DNA of 63,864 nucleotides, counting the filler, from Choristocarpus tenellus KU-1152 (Eukaryota > Protista > Phaeophyceae), in the NCBI GenBank assembly GCA_964200185.2. It is 14 parts of 14 records of this genome, joined end to end, with 100 filler letters (N's around TTAATTAATTAA, not from the genome) between each part and the next. Parts side by side here need not be neighbours in the genome. Positions count along the whole stretch, not along the records: positions 1 to 4,101 come from CAXNAD020016208.1; positions 4,202 to 7,390 come from CAXNAD020021671.1; positions 7,491 to 11,430 come from CAXNAD020017030.1; positions 11,531 to 14,266 come from CAXNAD020025195.1; 10 more parts are not named here. One strand, 5' to 3'. Below the pieces are notes generated by a model that was not told the origin of the DNA, made no database searches, and worked only from the letters and a program-made list of their open reading frames with translations. Shown here in pieces: positions 1 to 13,386 of the stretch; positions within the stretch are counted from its first letter, which is position 1, and every line of letters begins with the position of its first letter. The position numbers and the translations under genes were made by a program.

Positions 1-1712
1 CTTTGTTGTAACAACAACAGTGATAACTGTGCCTCGACTATTAATTCCCCACCCACCCCCCACCCCCGTGGAAATTGGACCCAAGATTCCTGACAACCTA
101 CGAGCAGGCTTCAACAAGTTGAGGAATAAGGCCCGTTGTCGTGCAAATAAGGGTGTTCGCTCTATCGTTATGGTCAATAAGTTCAGGGAGGGTACAACAA
201 CGGGGTCGGGGGAGGGATCAGGGGGAGTTAGGAAGGAGTCTGCAAGGGACTGGAGTCATCTTGACAAAATAACATTGATGCGAGGCAACTCAAAGGTGAG
301 TTGCGATCTGAGGGTTAGGGAGGAAGTGGTCGTGGAGAAGGAGAGCCCAATGAGAGAGGGAAGAGGGATGTCGGAATGTCATACGTATTGCATGTGGACA
401 TACTTTTTCCATGTGGAGAGTTCCAGTCGGATGGCGATGAGCAATGAATTGAAACCACTGATGTAACAAAAAAGAATGGTTGGCAAGTCCGTCCATCATG
501 TATTGGTAGCTATATCCCATACACCTGACAATAGACAGGTGTGCCTTATACCTTGCCATGACACACTTCATCAAAGGGTACGTACTATGTCATACACCAT
601 ATACACCTGAACTAAAAGTACGGTTCTAAGAATCAAAGTGCTATGCTACTCGTAGCATTCCCTTTCAACCTTGACTCCTATCACACACACACACACTGTA
701 CAAGTATTCACACACAGTTTTCCTCGAGCACTTGTTTGCAAATGGCTAGGAAGTGGAGAATAATACCTTAACTTTCCTTAATACCTTTGCATCCATCACC
801 CCCCGTACAGCATTTTCACATCAATTCCATTGTCGTATTGCCTTTCTTTTTCTTTTTCTTTTTCCTACCTTTTTTTTCTTCTTTCTTTGTGCACGATCAG
901 CACCAATGCACAACACTAACAATGCCAAACTTTGACAAGCAGTGCACTAGGACCATGCAAGGAACTGTTGATCGTATAAGGGTATACCTTGCACGATCAG
1001 CAATATCATTTTCTATTGTCACAATGTCGTGTTGAACCCCACTTTTTTTGCCAGCAGACGTTAAGGGTTTCCACAAGTAAGTCAGAGCTCTACTCAAAAA
1101 GCGATTCTGAATATATTATTTGCAGCAACCCCCAATGTGCCTTTGGGAAGCTGAGTTGAGTTTGGTCATGCACCCCTCACTCATGTTCACACCCGCATTT
1201 TTTTGGGACAATTTTTTCACTCATGGGTGGATGTCCGACATCAGTCACAGGTATCTATACCGCTATTCTTTTGGTGACACACCAACAATTATATAGTTGG
1301 AGCTATGAAATAATATGAATGAGAGGGTGTTGAGGGAGAGGGTAAAAAACACCAGTTGGAACAACTTAGGGTTAGGGTATTCCACGATACACACTAAAAA
1401 GAAAGTTCTTAGAAGAGGAATTGATATGTGGGATAGTGACGGTTACATTCCACATGAAAAAAAACTGGGCCTTGCGTATTATATATTTTTTCAAGTCCAT
1501 AGCCCGCGCGGCATTTTGATCACAGTGCCAAACAAGGACAAATAGACACAAATGAAGAGGGAAGAGGTCATACGTAACTCTAGCTGTAACATTACAAAGG
1601 TTTACTAAAGATCAACAGTATCATCAACAATACTCCAAGTAATATATAACAACGAAATAAAAATAATTGAATCATACAAAAAAAATCGAAAAGTGATTCA
1701 TGGTTGTGATAT

Positions 1713-1730
1713 TTAGGGTTAGGGTTAGGG
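1713..1730 (+). repeat. Interstitial telomere-like (TTAGGG)3
   Basis: Three exact TTAGGG units. Similar tracts at 45875-45886, 61981-62006 and, as CCCTAA, 62924-62942. Confidence 0.8.
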
Positions 1731-3034
1731 TGCCGAGTAGCCACCAACTTGATGGAGTTTTTTTTTTAGCAGATAACTTAAAAAAAGGTAAAGAGAGAGA
1801 CTACACCAGGCACAAACAACCAAGTATGCGTAACCTCTCCCACAAATGATTGCACATAGGTGCAGCGGGTGACAATCACATTCCTCACAAAATGTTGGCC
1901 CCGCTAGACCTTTCAATGGTGGCTTTCCATCAACCACAGCCTCACCATGGTATGAACCTGAGGAGAGAGTGTACTGGTGTTGCCAGTATACCGATGATGG
2001 AATCATTGGGATATTTTGGACAGGTTTTTACCAACTAGTATCCAGAAGGTGGAAGTAACTCTCATCAGGTGCCTAAGCCCCTCTTCCAAGCACTCTGGAC
2101 GAAGTGAATTTTTGAGGTTTGAGGTTCCGTTGGGGGGGTTGTATGACCTGAATGAGGCTCTACCCACTGAATGCTTGATTCTACACATTTGACAAACAAA
2201 ACATATTCACCATCTACAGATACATTACTCTGGTGTTCCACTTGTATTTTTTAAGACATTGAAACAGTTTTACCACAAAAGTGTTAGGTTTTGGTATGGA
2301 TAAAAAATAAGTCCGTATTTTGTTTCAAAAAAGTGGAAAAATTGCCCAACATTTAAAATGCTTTAAAGGGGGGGTTGTACACTACATGCAATTCATGGTT
2401 TTGGAATAACCTACACAATTTGCAAGGGTTACAAAAAGGCTGCTGGTCACCATTCAAATCTTGAATTGTATTCCAAATGGTACCAAAAGGCGAAATGTTT
2501 ACACAAATACACTAGCCTATACACATACACACAAAGACATGGTGTTGAGACGATGACGGTAGGTTGTCAGGAAATAGCAGCTGAAGCATGCAATTTTCTA
2601 GGTACCAAGAAGCACCGAGTCAGTTTAGATGTCATACCAATTACTTGAACAATTGCATTATCCTTGCCCTTAGATAAGGAAGAGAGGAATAGACAAGAGC
2701 CTTAAAACAATTGTAGGCAAGCAGTCCCCACCCATGTTGAACTGTATAGCTCCATAACGGGATGCTCTAGATTTACCAACCTACTCCGAGTATCGAAATA
2801 CCTAGCTCTAGATTTACCAACTTACTCTTCTACAACCTCCATGCACTGTAGTGCCAACCATGCAGCTCAAGGTTTCCAGAAGTCAATTAACCATCATCAT
2901 GTTTGCTCAATGGTATTACCCTCAATTTCTGACAAAAAATACATTTGTTCACCCTGTAACCTCAACGCAATCAACCATTACACTACCAACATCCCCCTTC
3001 CCCTCCTACTTCCCACTTGTAATGCGTGCCCTAG

Positions 3035-3256
3035 GTGAGTGCCTCAGTTGGTAGCGACTTTGATGACGACGACATAAGCGATATCATGTCCATGGTGAGC
3101 TTCATCAGTAGGGACAACCGTAACTCAGTGGTCTCACATTACAGGGGTGGCAGGACATCATCACACTCACAAGAGCATGGGAACATCCACAAACCACATC
3201 AATTAGTTCACAGGGGTGGGAAGAGTGTCATGGATGGAAGCACCAAGGATGACTGA
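3035..3256 (+). CDS. Probable terminal exon of an unidentified gene
   Basis: A pyrimidine tract ending in ccctag| precedes an open frame (VSASVGSDFDDDDISDIMS...KDD*). No recognisable domain. Confidence 0.35.
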   Translation: MSASVGSDFDDDDISDIMSMVSFISRDNRNSVVSHYRGGRTSSHSQEHGNIHKPHQLVHRGGKSVMDGSTKDD

Positions 3257-4101
3257 GACTATAAATACTCCTATTGTAGTGGTCACTAAGTAGGAAAGTG
3301 CCCTCAATGTTAAATTTGATGCTTCATCAGGCAACCTTTGGGAAGCACACATGTATAGTAAAGTATATCCACTAATGTGATTGCGTTGACCTCTTTTCAA
3401 TACTCTTCTTGTTCTCCTGCGTGCCTTTTCAATACTCTCCTTGGTATGGTCAATCCAGTCAGACCTTTACAACTATGGACAGAAGTCGAAAATACTAGTC
3501 AACCCTTTCATTTTCAGTGAGTGCATAATTAATGGAAAACTGGGTTCATGCACATAACGTTTTCAGGGTGCAACAAACCAACTCCACTCCAGTCTTCACC
3601 ATTGGATATGGTTTCAACTTGAAACAACAGAATCAAATGGGATGGGAAGCTGTAGATTGAAGTATGTGCCCCAGGACATGGCATTTCAATGGAGTCTCAA
3701 ATCCCTCCCACTGGTGGAAGTAGCATTGCACAGACCACTTGATTCAGAGCTATTTCACTGACCTATGATCTGGATTTTTTTCAGGCAGAACTTGTTGGCA
3801 GGAATAGGAATAACCTTGAATATCAACGTTGACATAAGATGTGACTCTTTTCTTTACATGGTGAATGGAACAACAAAACAAACTATATCCAAAATACACA
3901 TCAAACACACACACACACACAAAAGGTGACAGCTTGTACCTTACAGGAGAGCAAACACACTGGCCAAAAAACACACACACAAATACTTGCTCTAGTTGCA
4001 GCACACACATAAGCAGAAGATCTGGCGCCGGATTTTTGTTTCTCAAAATTAACAGTGTCCAATGCACAATCGTCTTAGCACCTCTTTTTTTGTTTAAGGT
4101 A

Positions 4102-4201
4102 NNNNNNNNNNNNNNNNNNNNNNNNNNNNNNNNNNNNNNNNNNNNTTAATTAATTAANNNNNNNNNNNNNNNNNNNNNNNNNNNNNNNNNNNNNNNNNNN
4201 N
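4102..4201. other. Artificial contig-joining spacer (first of 13)
   Basis: N44 + TTAATTAATTAA (stops in all six frames) + N44. The same spacer occurs at 7391-7490, 11431-11530, 14267-14366, 20397-20496, 23192-23291, 29154-29253, 33943-34042, 36653-36752, 40192-40291, 49614-49713, 58285-58384 and 61197-61296. Separate 10-N gaps lie at 32021, 46186, 55982 and 62662. Confidence 0.98.
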
Positions 4202-5980
4202 GAAGAGCACACTCAAAGACCTTCGCGAAATTGCTACAGCCTGATACCATAAGGAGACAGGACATCGTTCACCTCCCGGCGTACAAAATCGATCGGAAGG
4301 GACGACATGACCACCGTGTCCCCCAGTTTGGCGGCATAAAGTCCATGCACAGGTTCATCACCAGTCCAAGTGCAAATGGTACCTCATCCAAGGTCGTCTA
4401 TACCGAGGTGTCGTGCTACTGCACGAGCTGTTCAATTGGTAACCTTACTGGCTGCAAGTGGCAGGGCACACACGTGCCCGCACTCAAGGAGATCCACCTC
4501 GGATTTCCCCCCAAAGACGACGTGTGTGACATTTACCTTAGGAGCCATCTCTCTAGGAAGAAGAGGCAGCTCGCAGTGGGGAATGTATGCATTGTGCAGA
4601 CGGAGCCGTCGGAATACGATGGGTTGGAGTTCCTGCCGTTCACCATAAACAAGAAGGAGACCGAGAAATGGAACTCCAGGGATCATTCCAGCTACGGAGG
4701 AATGTTCAGTGCTGGTGATGAGGTGATGTTTCTCAGGGAAGACTTGAAGATGTTGACTGCCGCTTTCGTTGATGGAGTGCCGACAGTTCGCCTCTCAAGT
4801 GCGAATCGGGTGAGGCCCCCGAGATCCCCACTAAACATTACTCTCTTATAAATACTAACGGAAATACGACCAATTTTTTTCACATACAAAAATAACATAG
4901 ATGAGATCATTTTACAATATTGTATTATATATACGATATTATTGTGTGTATATTTTTTCCCCTTAACCTCTGTCATTGTCAATATTCCTTTTTGGTTCAT
5001 ATTGCTATCTATACGTATATATACATGTACACATATGTTCATCCCGCCACACAACAACTACTCACTATCATCAAACACCGTTTATAACACGATGGTCTTC
5101 AGGATCTAACCCGCCACCCCAACACCATCAACACAAATAACGTGCTCGAACTGCAGGCCAATCAACCGGGCCCCCGTGTTGTCCCCCTTCAGGCTATCGT
5201 CGAGCCTGACTTCACGCACCTTCGTCGTAACAACCTAGACGATACCTACACCATCCTCCCCGGCCAATACCAGAGATTCACTGTGGAATCCAATCGGCAA
5301 TCCCTCGGCGGGATCCCTGTTCGCTTCTCCAGACAACGCAGACGTGGAGACACATCCAATGCCAAGAGTTCAGCAGAGGCACCCCCTTCATCCTGTGCGG
5401 GAGTGGAGATGATATCATCTGGGGGCAGGTCCGTGACGTTGACATAGACGATTCCGGGGCATGTATCTACTCTGTGCAATACGTGGGTCAATATGATGAC
5501 ACCTCCTTGCCACCCGAGCTGAGGTCGTTCATGACAGAGGACGAGATCGAGGAGGGGGTCGAACAACTGAAGGAGAAGGAGAAAAGGGACTGCAATAAGA
5601 CTGCAGCCCAGCGTGCCAACAAAAGCAAGGCACGGATGACTCTACAGGCAAACCGTAGGGAGGAGGAGAAGGATACCGGGACATACATCCTCCTCACACC
5701 ATCATTGAGGGTTGTGCCAGTTTTGGACAGGGAAGGGACACTTCATTCTAGAGCTAAGGGCAGGGGAAAGTACTTTTGGATGGACGAGCAGTGGATGCGA
5801 GGGACTGTCACCAAATACCAGCCCCGCCATACCGAGCCAGTGGGAGAGGAGCGACTCAGCTACCCTTATGAGGTCAAATGGGAGAATGGCGAAGTGCGAA
5901 ATATCAATCTTCTTCAAGAACTATACAGCATGGAGGCCAACACGGAGCCGAGATCCTGGTTCTGGACCAGTCCCATATGA
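4202..5980 (+). mobile_element. Probable DNA-transposon-derived gene fragment: Sola-like transposase C-terminus plus Tudor-like domains, with a likely frameshift
   Basis: 4231-4809 encodes GIKSMHRF...EVSCYCTSCSIGNLTGC, resembling the H...SCxCxxC...C tail of Sola-type DDE transposases. An AT-rich intron-like segment spans ~4810-5102 (gtgagg...ttcag). Coding-like sequence resumes at 5103-5980 with a frame change near 5340-5420, giving IIWGQVRDVDIDDSGACIYSVQY and KYFWMDEQWMRGTVTKY...YEVKWENGE. The catalytic core is not in the contig. Confidence 0.45.
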
Positions 5981-7139
5981 CCGCGATATGGAACGGAGGA
6001 TTGCAGCGAGTCCGACGCGCTACCATCTTTTCCAAATTCGTGGTCGTCTGTCACTCCCTCCCCTTCATCTAATGGGAGACATCATACCTCCCGTTGGACA
6101 TCCTATCCTGCATCATAGTTGAGGTCGGACGTGTGTTCTTGAGGCAGGGGTCATTTCTTCCATTTCAATTACACACAAGGGTGTAATGTCTATATCTCCT
6201 TCCTTTTTTAGGCGTACGTGTGCAGCCCCAACTTTGGATTTTGTGTTGATTTTTACTTATAGACCGTTCCAAACCTGTTTCTTGGTCAATTACAATTCCT
6301 TACGACTACTGGTATATATTACATGGTGTGTGTTCTAGTTCAAAAATATCTACATATAGAGTTTTGCGTCGGAAAAATGAGTTTAGTTCTCTGTGTGTTT
6401 ACTACAAAAAGCATATATTCTCACATCGCAAATAATAATGCACATCACTGCAGAAAATAATTCGTTGCACACCACCCTTCCAAAGTGTGGTCTTTTATAT
6501 GCGGAGTTCCTCCTTCCACCCTTTACAGACGGAGACAACAATCAACATCGCACATTCCCCTCTCCCACATAAAATGCTTGTTAGACTTTGATATCACATG
6601 CCCCCCCTCCACAAAGGACATAATTGACACACCTCCAAATACACAAACGTCACGCAATTACTCCCGTCGAAAAAATTCATCCCCCCCACATCCTCAACTT
6701 ACATGGAACTCACACAAATTCCTTATTCCCTTCTTACCCCTGAGCAACTCACGAGGCCCTCTCCATCAATTAAGCATCTTACTGGTATACTGCATTCTAT
6801 ACAAGTAACACAATGCAGAATGATCTGTGATGCAGGTAATTTTTCTACCCCACAGATATGATCGCCAATGAGTGACAGAGCTGTAACGACTTTTCAACCT
6901 CGATCTTGAATTCGGCATGTTTCATCCGTGGTCAAACAAAAATTTCTTGTCACCCTATTTCTGAGGTCACCGGTGTCGCCAATTGAATCGTGTGATTCTA
7001 TGGTGGCGTGCTTCACTCAGGCAAGGGTGGCAAAGAGAATCACCAGGCAAGACGGACTAGACGAACAAGGACGAACCGTAACCGAGGGTACGAGGTTAAG
7101 GTTGGACAAGTGCAAAATCTAGGTGTGATGAGCATCTTC

Positions 7140-7390
7140 AAAGATGGGGCTTCATCACCACAGCCCAAGACGTGAGAACAAAGTGGATCTTCCATGTGTG
7201 ACAACTCTGTATGACGAGGTGTCCCAAGTCTATGTGGGATTGGTCTCGTGAAGAGATTCCCTGACCTTCCAAATGAGGCACACCAAGGGAGGGAAAGCTC
7301 TTCATTAGCCCTAGCGTGCCACCGGACCCAGTGTGGACAAGGAGCAAACGCCTGGACCTCGACACAACCGCTGGAACCAGCATGCCAGAT
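7140..7390 (+). mobile_element. CRE-like non-LTR retrotransposon fragment
   Basis: ALACHRTQCGQGANAWTSTQPLEPACQ is nearly identical to the copy at 58069-58150. Degraded and truncated at the spacer. Confidence 0.65.
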
Positions 7391-8296
7391 NNNNNNNNNN
7401 NNNNNNNNNNNNNNNNNNNNNNNNNNNNNNNNNNTTAATTAATTAANNNNNNNNNNNNNNNNNNNNNNNNNNNNNNNNNNNNNNNNNNNNCGCCACCCCC
7501 TCCCAGATACTTTGAGCCCAAACTAGTGGTAGAGCTTTACACCACTATGCAGCATGGACATCAATGCGGCATGAAGGTTGCAGATGCTGTTGGCAACTCC
7601 ATTTGATTGTAGAAAATATATGTATCCGCAGTGATTTTCAATTTTATCACAACCGTGTGAAAGCCCCTGGGAATATATCCAAGATAAGACCCTGCACAGT
7701 AACTCTCTCCTTTTGATTGGAAATGCAGTATCCTTATTTTTACTGTACAGGGAAAGAGGGAGAAGGATCATGCCCTGCTCAACACTAGGAGTAGGATCAT
7801 CTTCCTAGAATCAAGAATAACCGATATAACCTTACCCTTGACTCTCTATGAAAGGAAGGTCCAGATCGGTTTGGACTAGTTGTCTTGTTGATGTCTCCAC
7901 TTCCCCACAACCCTGAGCTCTCAAGTGTCGCCCCTGTGCTCCCCAAAATATTAACAGTCTGACGATGTTCAAATAATTCCATTAGATAATACCAGCACAG
8001 TTGTCACCCCTGTTATAGTATCACTAGGGAGAAGTTAGTACAACAGTGCACATGATTCTGAACTCTGAGACTACCATGAGAGTCAAACCGACAGAGAAGT
8101 AGGCAGGGTTACATATTAAGGATCCTGAGAAAGGGCAAAAAATATGCCGTTTTGCACAATTCCAGAAAGAGCCTTCCTGGATTGTGATGTCACTTGAATG
8201 TGGAAAGGGGACATATCAATTGTGTGGACATTATTGTGGACATGAAGCAATGGAGGGAATAGAGTGTAATGAACAGGTTAAGAAAGATGGCTTAAA

Positions 8297-8310
8297 GGCT
8301 CAAAGTATCT

Positions 8311-8350
<40 letters not shown>

Positions 8351-8351
8351 A

Positions 8352-8382
<31 letters not shown>

Positions 8383-8430
8383 AGGTGGTGGCGGCCGGGG
8401 GATAACAAAAAAAAAAAAAAAAAAAAAACT

Positions 8431-8481
<51 letters not shown>

Positions 8482-8627
8482 CGGCTGTCAATTTAGGGTC
8501 AATTTTTTCATGTCGCGATTTTTGGATGATTTGGTTGAATACGTTGGATGGATTATGTAAATGCACTTCTCCTGATTTTGGCCCAAATGGACACCCTGTT
8601 GTAGACCACCCCCAGATACTTTGGGTC
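8297..8627. mobile_element. MITE family B, complete copy
   Basis: Termini GGCTCAAAGTATCTGGGGG / CCCCCAGATACTTTGGGTC, flanked on both sides by TAAA (4-bp TSD). Internal poly-G is probably mis-assembled. Confidence 0.8.
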
Positions 8628-9032
8628 TAAAATGCAAAAGGGTCCAAACCTGCCTACTTCTCAATTAGCTTGGCTGATGAGTTACAAAATCAGGATATTA
8701 TCCTTCTCATTGGTCACAACATACTTGTTGGTGTGGACATTTTTTGTCATACTCGCCTTACATTGCATATAGAATACCCCCACTCTCTGCTGAACTGACT
8801 CAGCTTAAACTTTTTTAAACTAAGGGTGGTAGTGACAACATAGCACACTACCATTAACGGACAGCATCGTTTTTTTCTTAATGCAGAGATCTCCTAACTT
8901 CTTTTACTCTTTGGTGGAGGGCACCTCCTTCATCCAATATCTCCTTTGCCTTCTTCCACCTCTACGGTCTGGATAGGGATGATATCAGTTTATCATGATA
9001 AACCAATTTGAAAGTGAGTCTCTCTTCATTAC

Positions 9033-11361
9033 CTGGGTTGTCTTGGCCGTAGTATCCTCAGGGCGTGATGACAAAGGCGAGTCAGCATTGTTGTCCTCCC
9101 CTTTCTCATCCAGGTGTTTCTTACTATGGTGATGGTGATGATGATGGTGATGATGATGTCCATGATGCCTTCCATGGTTTCTGCTCTTCCTCTCCCTGGC
9201 CTGTTCTACTTGCATTTTCAGCCGTGCTAGGTCATTGCTAGCACCGTGCCCGGCAGTCTTGTTCATCTCCTTGTGCTAGAGAATGGGCAAGGGGAAGATA
9301 TCCATGTATGTATATTGTGGGGGCAAGGGGCCCCTTTGCAGAAAATAATTTGATCGAAATATTTTTTTTATTCGACACATGGTCAAATCTTACACAATTC
9401 TTCCCCTAATGGTTCACACCCAGCCACAACCCCAGCCCCAGTCCCAGGCTACTCGCCAGCCCTATATCCTGGAACAAACCTTGGTTTGTAGTGTACCCTT
9501 TTCCATGACTCCCAACCTCTCATGATACTCCAATGTTGATTTGCACCCGGCCTTGCAGAGAAGATTGAGCTCACTTCGCCTTGAGATGAAGTAATGTACC
9601 ACAGCAAGGGCCAACAGGGTCCAACCAGAGATCATGAAGGCCACCATCCCATCCGATCCTGTAGTATCACCACCTGAAGATCCCAGCATGCGGTGCCCCT
9701 TGCTACCATCTTCATCACCATGATCATCATAACGATACTCAGATTTGCTCTCAGAGTCAGGATTCATGGCCTATTTCCGCCAGGAAGCATATCGATCAAG
9801 GTAATAGGGTTGTGAGTCACCTAGTCGTATTAGAAGTATTGGGTGGGCAAGCTTTCATATGCTTACTTGGTAAGTCAACAAAAAATTGAAATTCTGGTGT
9901 CTCAACTCAACTCTCACTTTGACTTCACTGTGTTGTACCTACCTGAAGTCCTCTAGATATGCTCAAGTGTACAGTACAGCAGGAGAACTTCACCATGACA
10001 AATTAATTTGTATGACATTAAATACATTGTATCTATATGACATAAATGCTTTCAGTTGTGAGAGGAGTCGCATCAGAGCAGCACACAAATCCCAGACAAA
10101 ACACACACACAGACGCACCAACAAGTATTCTTAAATCTGCTTAGCTTGCCACTTGAGCAAAAAATGCACAAAAGGATATCCGTGGTTGGAGTTTGGCATA
10201 TTGAGGAAAGAAGAGTTAATGTTTTCGATATTTTGTAGACTAGACTTCACCGTGCAAACCCTTCAACAGAACGCCCTATAGGACAATGAACGCGCTGTCC
10301 ATGGTAGCAGGCAATGGTTCAACTCTGTGAGAGACAAGTTGTACCAGTTAGTAATCCATTAAATCCCACAAACTCATAACAGTATCAGATATGACAGTCA
10401 CTTGGCACCATGATAGCAGCAATTTCATATCCCTTCTTTCACTTCCTTTCATTCATTTTAACCTAGCCTCCACCCTACTCCACTTTACCCCATAAATGAT
10501 ACCCTTTGCCCCATCCCAGTGTATAGCTTTCTTCACAAGATTCCCCTGCTGCCCCTTGATTACGCTTCCCAGCTCCATTGTATCTAACCCACAGTACCTT
10601 CCAAACTTCGACCCGGGCCAGGTTGAGGAAGCACACAATGATAAGGACCAACCATGTTGTTGCTTCAACATCAACCAGGGACAGGATGAAACGATCATTT
10701 GCCTCACGCATGTAGAGTGCAAAGTCAAAATTGTAGGGAAGATCAAACGTTGTTTGAAAGAAGTTATGAACAATCTTAAACTCCATCATCTCACGCAGGT
10801 CGGAGATTGGCAGCCATCTGATGATTTGGAGATCAAGGGGGTGGACAGGGCATGGGCAGAGATAGGCATTAGGCAGGAATAAATTTTGTACCAGACAATT
10901 AGATATGTAGTTTGAATTGATGCCAGAAAATATCCCTCCAGCATATGTCACTGGAGAACTCCAACACTCTAGTTTTGCAATGTTTCTCGACAAGGATGAT
11001 ACCAACTATGACGGACAAAGGCCCTAACTCCTTTGAGTGTCTCTTTGTGAGTGCTGACCTTTGCTGCCTCTACTGTACTTCAATGTGTTCATGAGAAATG
11101 TGGGCAAGAGGTGCAAGGGCTACTATACAAGAACAACATTATCACATTTTCCTTCAGATGACCATCCTCACCGAGCCTCCCCACATCCCTTCTTCCCTCT
11201 AGCCTCACTTGTCTCACCCGATCTCTTAGATCGTACCTAGCATGGAAGGTCTTGCTCTTTCGGTGCAGTGAGTAAATTGACAGAAGGTTGTCGACACTGA
11301 AGTTTGTTGATCGATCAAAGCGGTTCTTGACCTTAGTGCTCAAAATGATCATTAGAGACAT
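9033..11361 (-). CDS. MLO-like multi-pass membrane protein (internal exons)
   Basis: Phase-compatible GT-AG exons 11361-11237, 10817-10598, 9770-9480 and 9275-9033. Exon 2 EFKIVHNFFQTTFDLPYNFDFALYMREANDRFILSLVDVEATTWLVLII matches the MLO motif FDFxxY(M/I)xRxxExxFxxxVGxSxxxW followed by a TM helix. Exon 3 has another TM helix and exon 4 a poly-His tract. A further exon is possible at ~7958-7837. Confidence 0.7.
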
Positions 11362-11532
11362 CTACAAAATTAGGGGGAGGTTAGGGTGAAAGAAGGAATG
11401 AAAGTAGAGGAGTGGAAGGGGGGTGGGGGGNNNNNNNNNNNNNNNNNNNNNNNNNNNNNNNNNNNNNNNNNNNNTTAATTAATTAANNNNNNNNNNNNNN
11501 NNNNNNNNNNNNNNNNNNNNNNNNNNNNNNCA

Positions 11533-12678
11533 TGCTCAATTGCAACACCACCTCCGAGTGTGCGCATCACACCAAACCCCACCCCCACGCCAACAACACC
11601 ATCTCGAAGTGTGAGCATCACACCAAGCCCCACCCCCACGACAACAATGGCTCCTCGAGGAGAGGACTACTACTCAATTTGTTAATAGCACAGCTGGAAT
11701 GGAGTGGTTCTATCCCTCCTTCTCATTTTATTTCATAATGTGAAATAAAGCATTAAGAAAGAGTCCTTACTTTCATGTTCCCATGATCTCACGCTTGATC
11801 CTGTCTTAAGTGTACGTATGTACTTGAACGTTGTTTTATTGGCTATTAGTCTGTCAGAGTGTGCAAGAAAGGATTTTTCACTTTGCATGGGTGTAATGCC
11901 CTGTTCAGATATCATTGATATGTTTATATCATTCTGATGCCCTTGTGTCTCAACTTGAGGCATTATGCAGGTACTGTGTCGCTCAATGCAAATCTTCCAC
12001 CATAAAGTATCACCCAGATCTCTTCCACCTGATCTTGTTCTGTTGTACGACTCCCACACACCCGGCGTATCAAAAGGTCAACCTTCAAGTCAAGGCGTAG
12101 ACGGAACTGTTATTATTCTGGGTGCGTCATTTGGGTGTGTGGCATTGGGCATTCTTGGAGTCACAGCATTTGTGGTTCACAAACGGAAGAAGGACCGAAG
12201 GAATTCTAAAGCTGCCGCTGCTGCATTAGGATCAGGTGTTCCATGATAATCTATCCATTGGAAATTTCTTAACTCCCAACCTTGGTCTGCACAACAAGCA
12301 TCATATGTGATTCTAAAGTATACAAACACCTTGGACCCTTGTTGATTTAGCTTCCAAATAACCATTCACCTGACCTGGCATGCGGTTGCACAGACATATC
12401 TCCTGGACTCCAATCATTCTACTGCTTGACAAACAGAAGTTATGTTATATAATAGGAAAGTGGTAGTTCTCCTTGAGGATGACTAACTAATCCCCTCCAA
12501 TACTGAGTAGTCCAACTAGTACTGAAGCCCTGACCACTCTCTCCCTGTCATCTGCCCCCTCCTTCTCTGGCTCCGACTTTTTACACCTATGCAAACAGCG
12601 GGAGGAGGTGGAGGTAACCCCGGTGCACCTCCGTCTTATAAAGAATCTATTGGGGCAAGGAATGGTCGATGTGCTTAG
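11533..12678 (+). CDS. Single-pass membrane protein, 3' part: Pro/Thr stalk, TM helix, PPxY tail
   Basis: The frame from 11533 reads SIATPPPSVRITPNPTPTPTTPSRSVSITPSPTPTTT (duplicated unit). The TM exon VIILGASFGCVALGILGVTAFVV-HKRKK ends at 12235 (G|gtgttc) and splices in phase to 12599-12678 (aaacag|), AGGGGGNPGAPPSYKESIGARNGRCA*. The join from stalk exon to TM exon is unresolved. Confidence 0.6.
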
Positions 12679-13386
12679 AGAGCTCGGCAACTAGAATTTG
12701 CCATCATGCAGTGACATTTTTCCCCTTCGTCCTTTAAGTGACGTATGAGGTTTGCTAGTTTTACAGTTGGGGAAATGATAACTGAACTCTGTGCATTTGT
12801 GCAGTAAATTTTGAAGGGTGGTTTGTGACCATGTCACATTTTTTTTACTTTATGCCCTTGGTGTTGAGATTCCTTTGTGGGGAAAGCTGAACATTGGACT
12901 GTTAGCACTGTTGAGGGCCAGAGTATCTGGGGGGGTGGGCCGGGCGTCCGTTTTCTGCTTTTTTTTCAAAAATGCGATTTTTTGGATGATTTGCTTGCAT
13001 GCGTCGGATTTCAATGTTTTCAAAAAGGGTTGGTGGTTTTGGTCTGTTGCTGTTGCGTTGTTGAGAACAGTACTAAAAGTACTCCATGCTCTTATTTTGA
13101 ATTTGTTTTTTGTCCAAAGTTGGGTTGATGGTTTTAACAACGCTTGAAATACACGTGTGTATTTTGGGTTAGTTTGTGTTCAGACTTGGGTGCTGATGAA
13201 CAATGCTAAATGTATATGTACCATTATTTTGGGTTAGGTTTACGGTAAGTGGTTAGGCTTGGGTTACGGTAGGGTTCGACAGCAATACAGTATGTTTTGT
13301 TTTGTGTTATTCTTGTGTTAAGACTTGTGTTTTCATGAACAACGCTATTAGAGAAATTGGTGTTCCCAACACTGGTGTATGTCAAT

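Noticed and set aside
1-2200. ORFs 20-466, 290-574 and 1850-2038 as possible retroelement remnants
   Set aside because: No RT, integrase, gag or recombinase motif identifiable.
8300-8566. Poly-Pro/poly-Gly ORFs here and at 31860-32224, 49291-49566 and 62281-62916
   Set aside because: Translations of homopolymer G/C runs in introns or MITEs, partly sequencing artefact.
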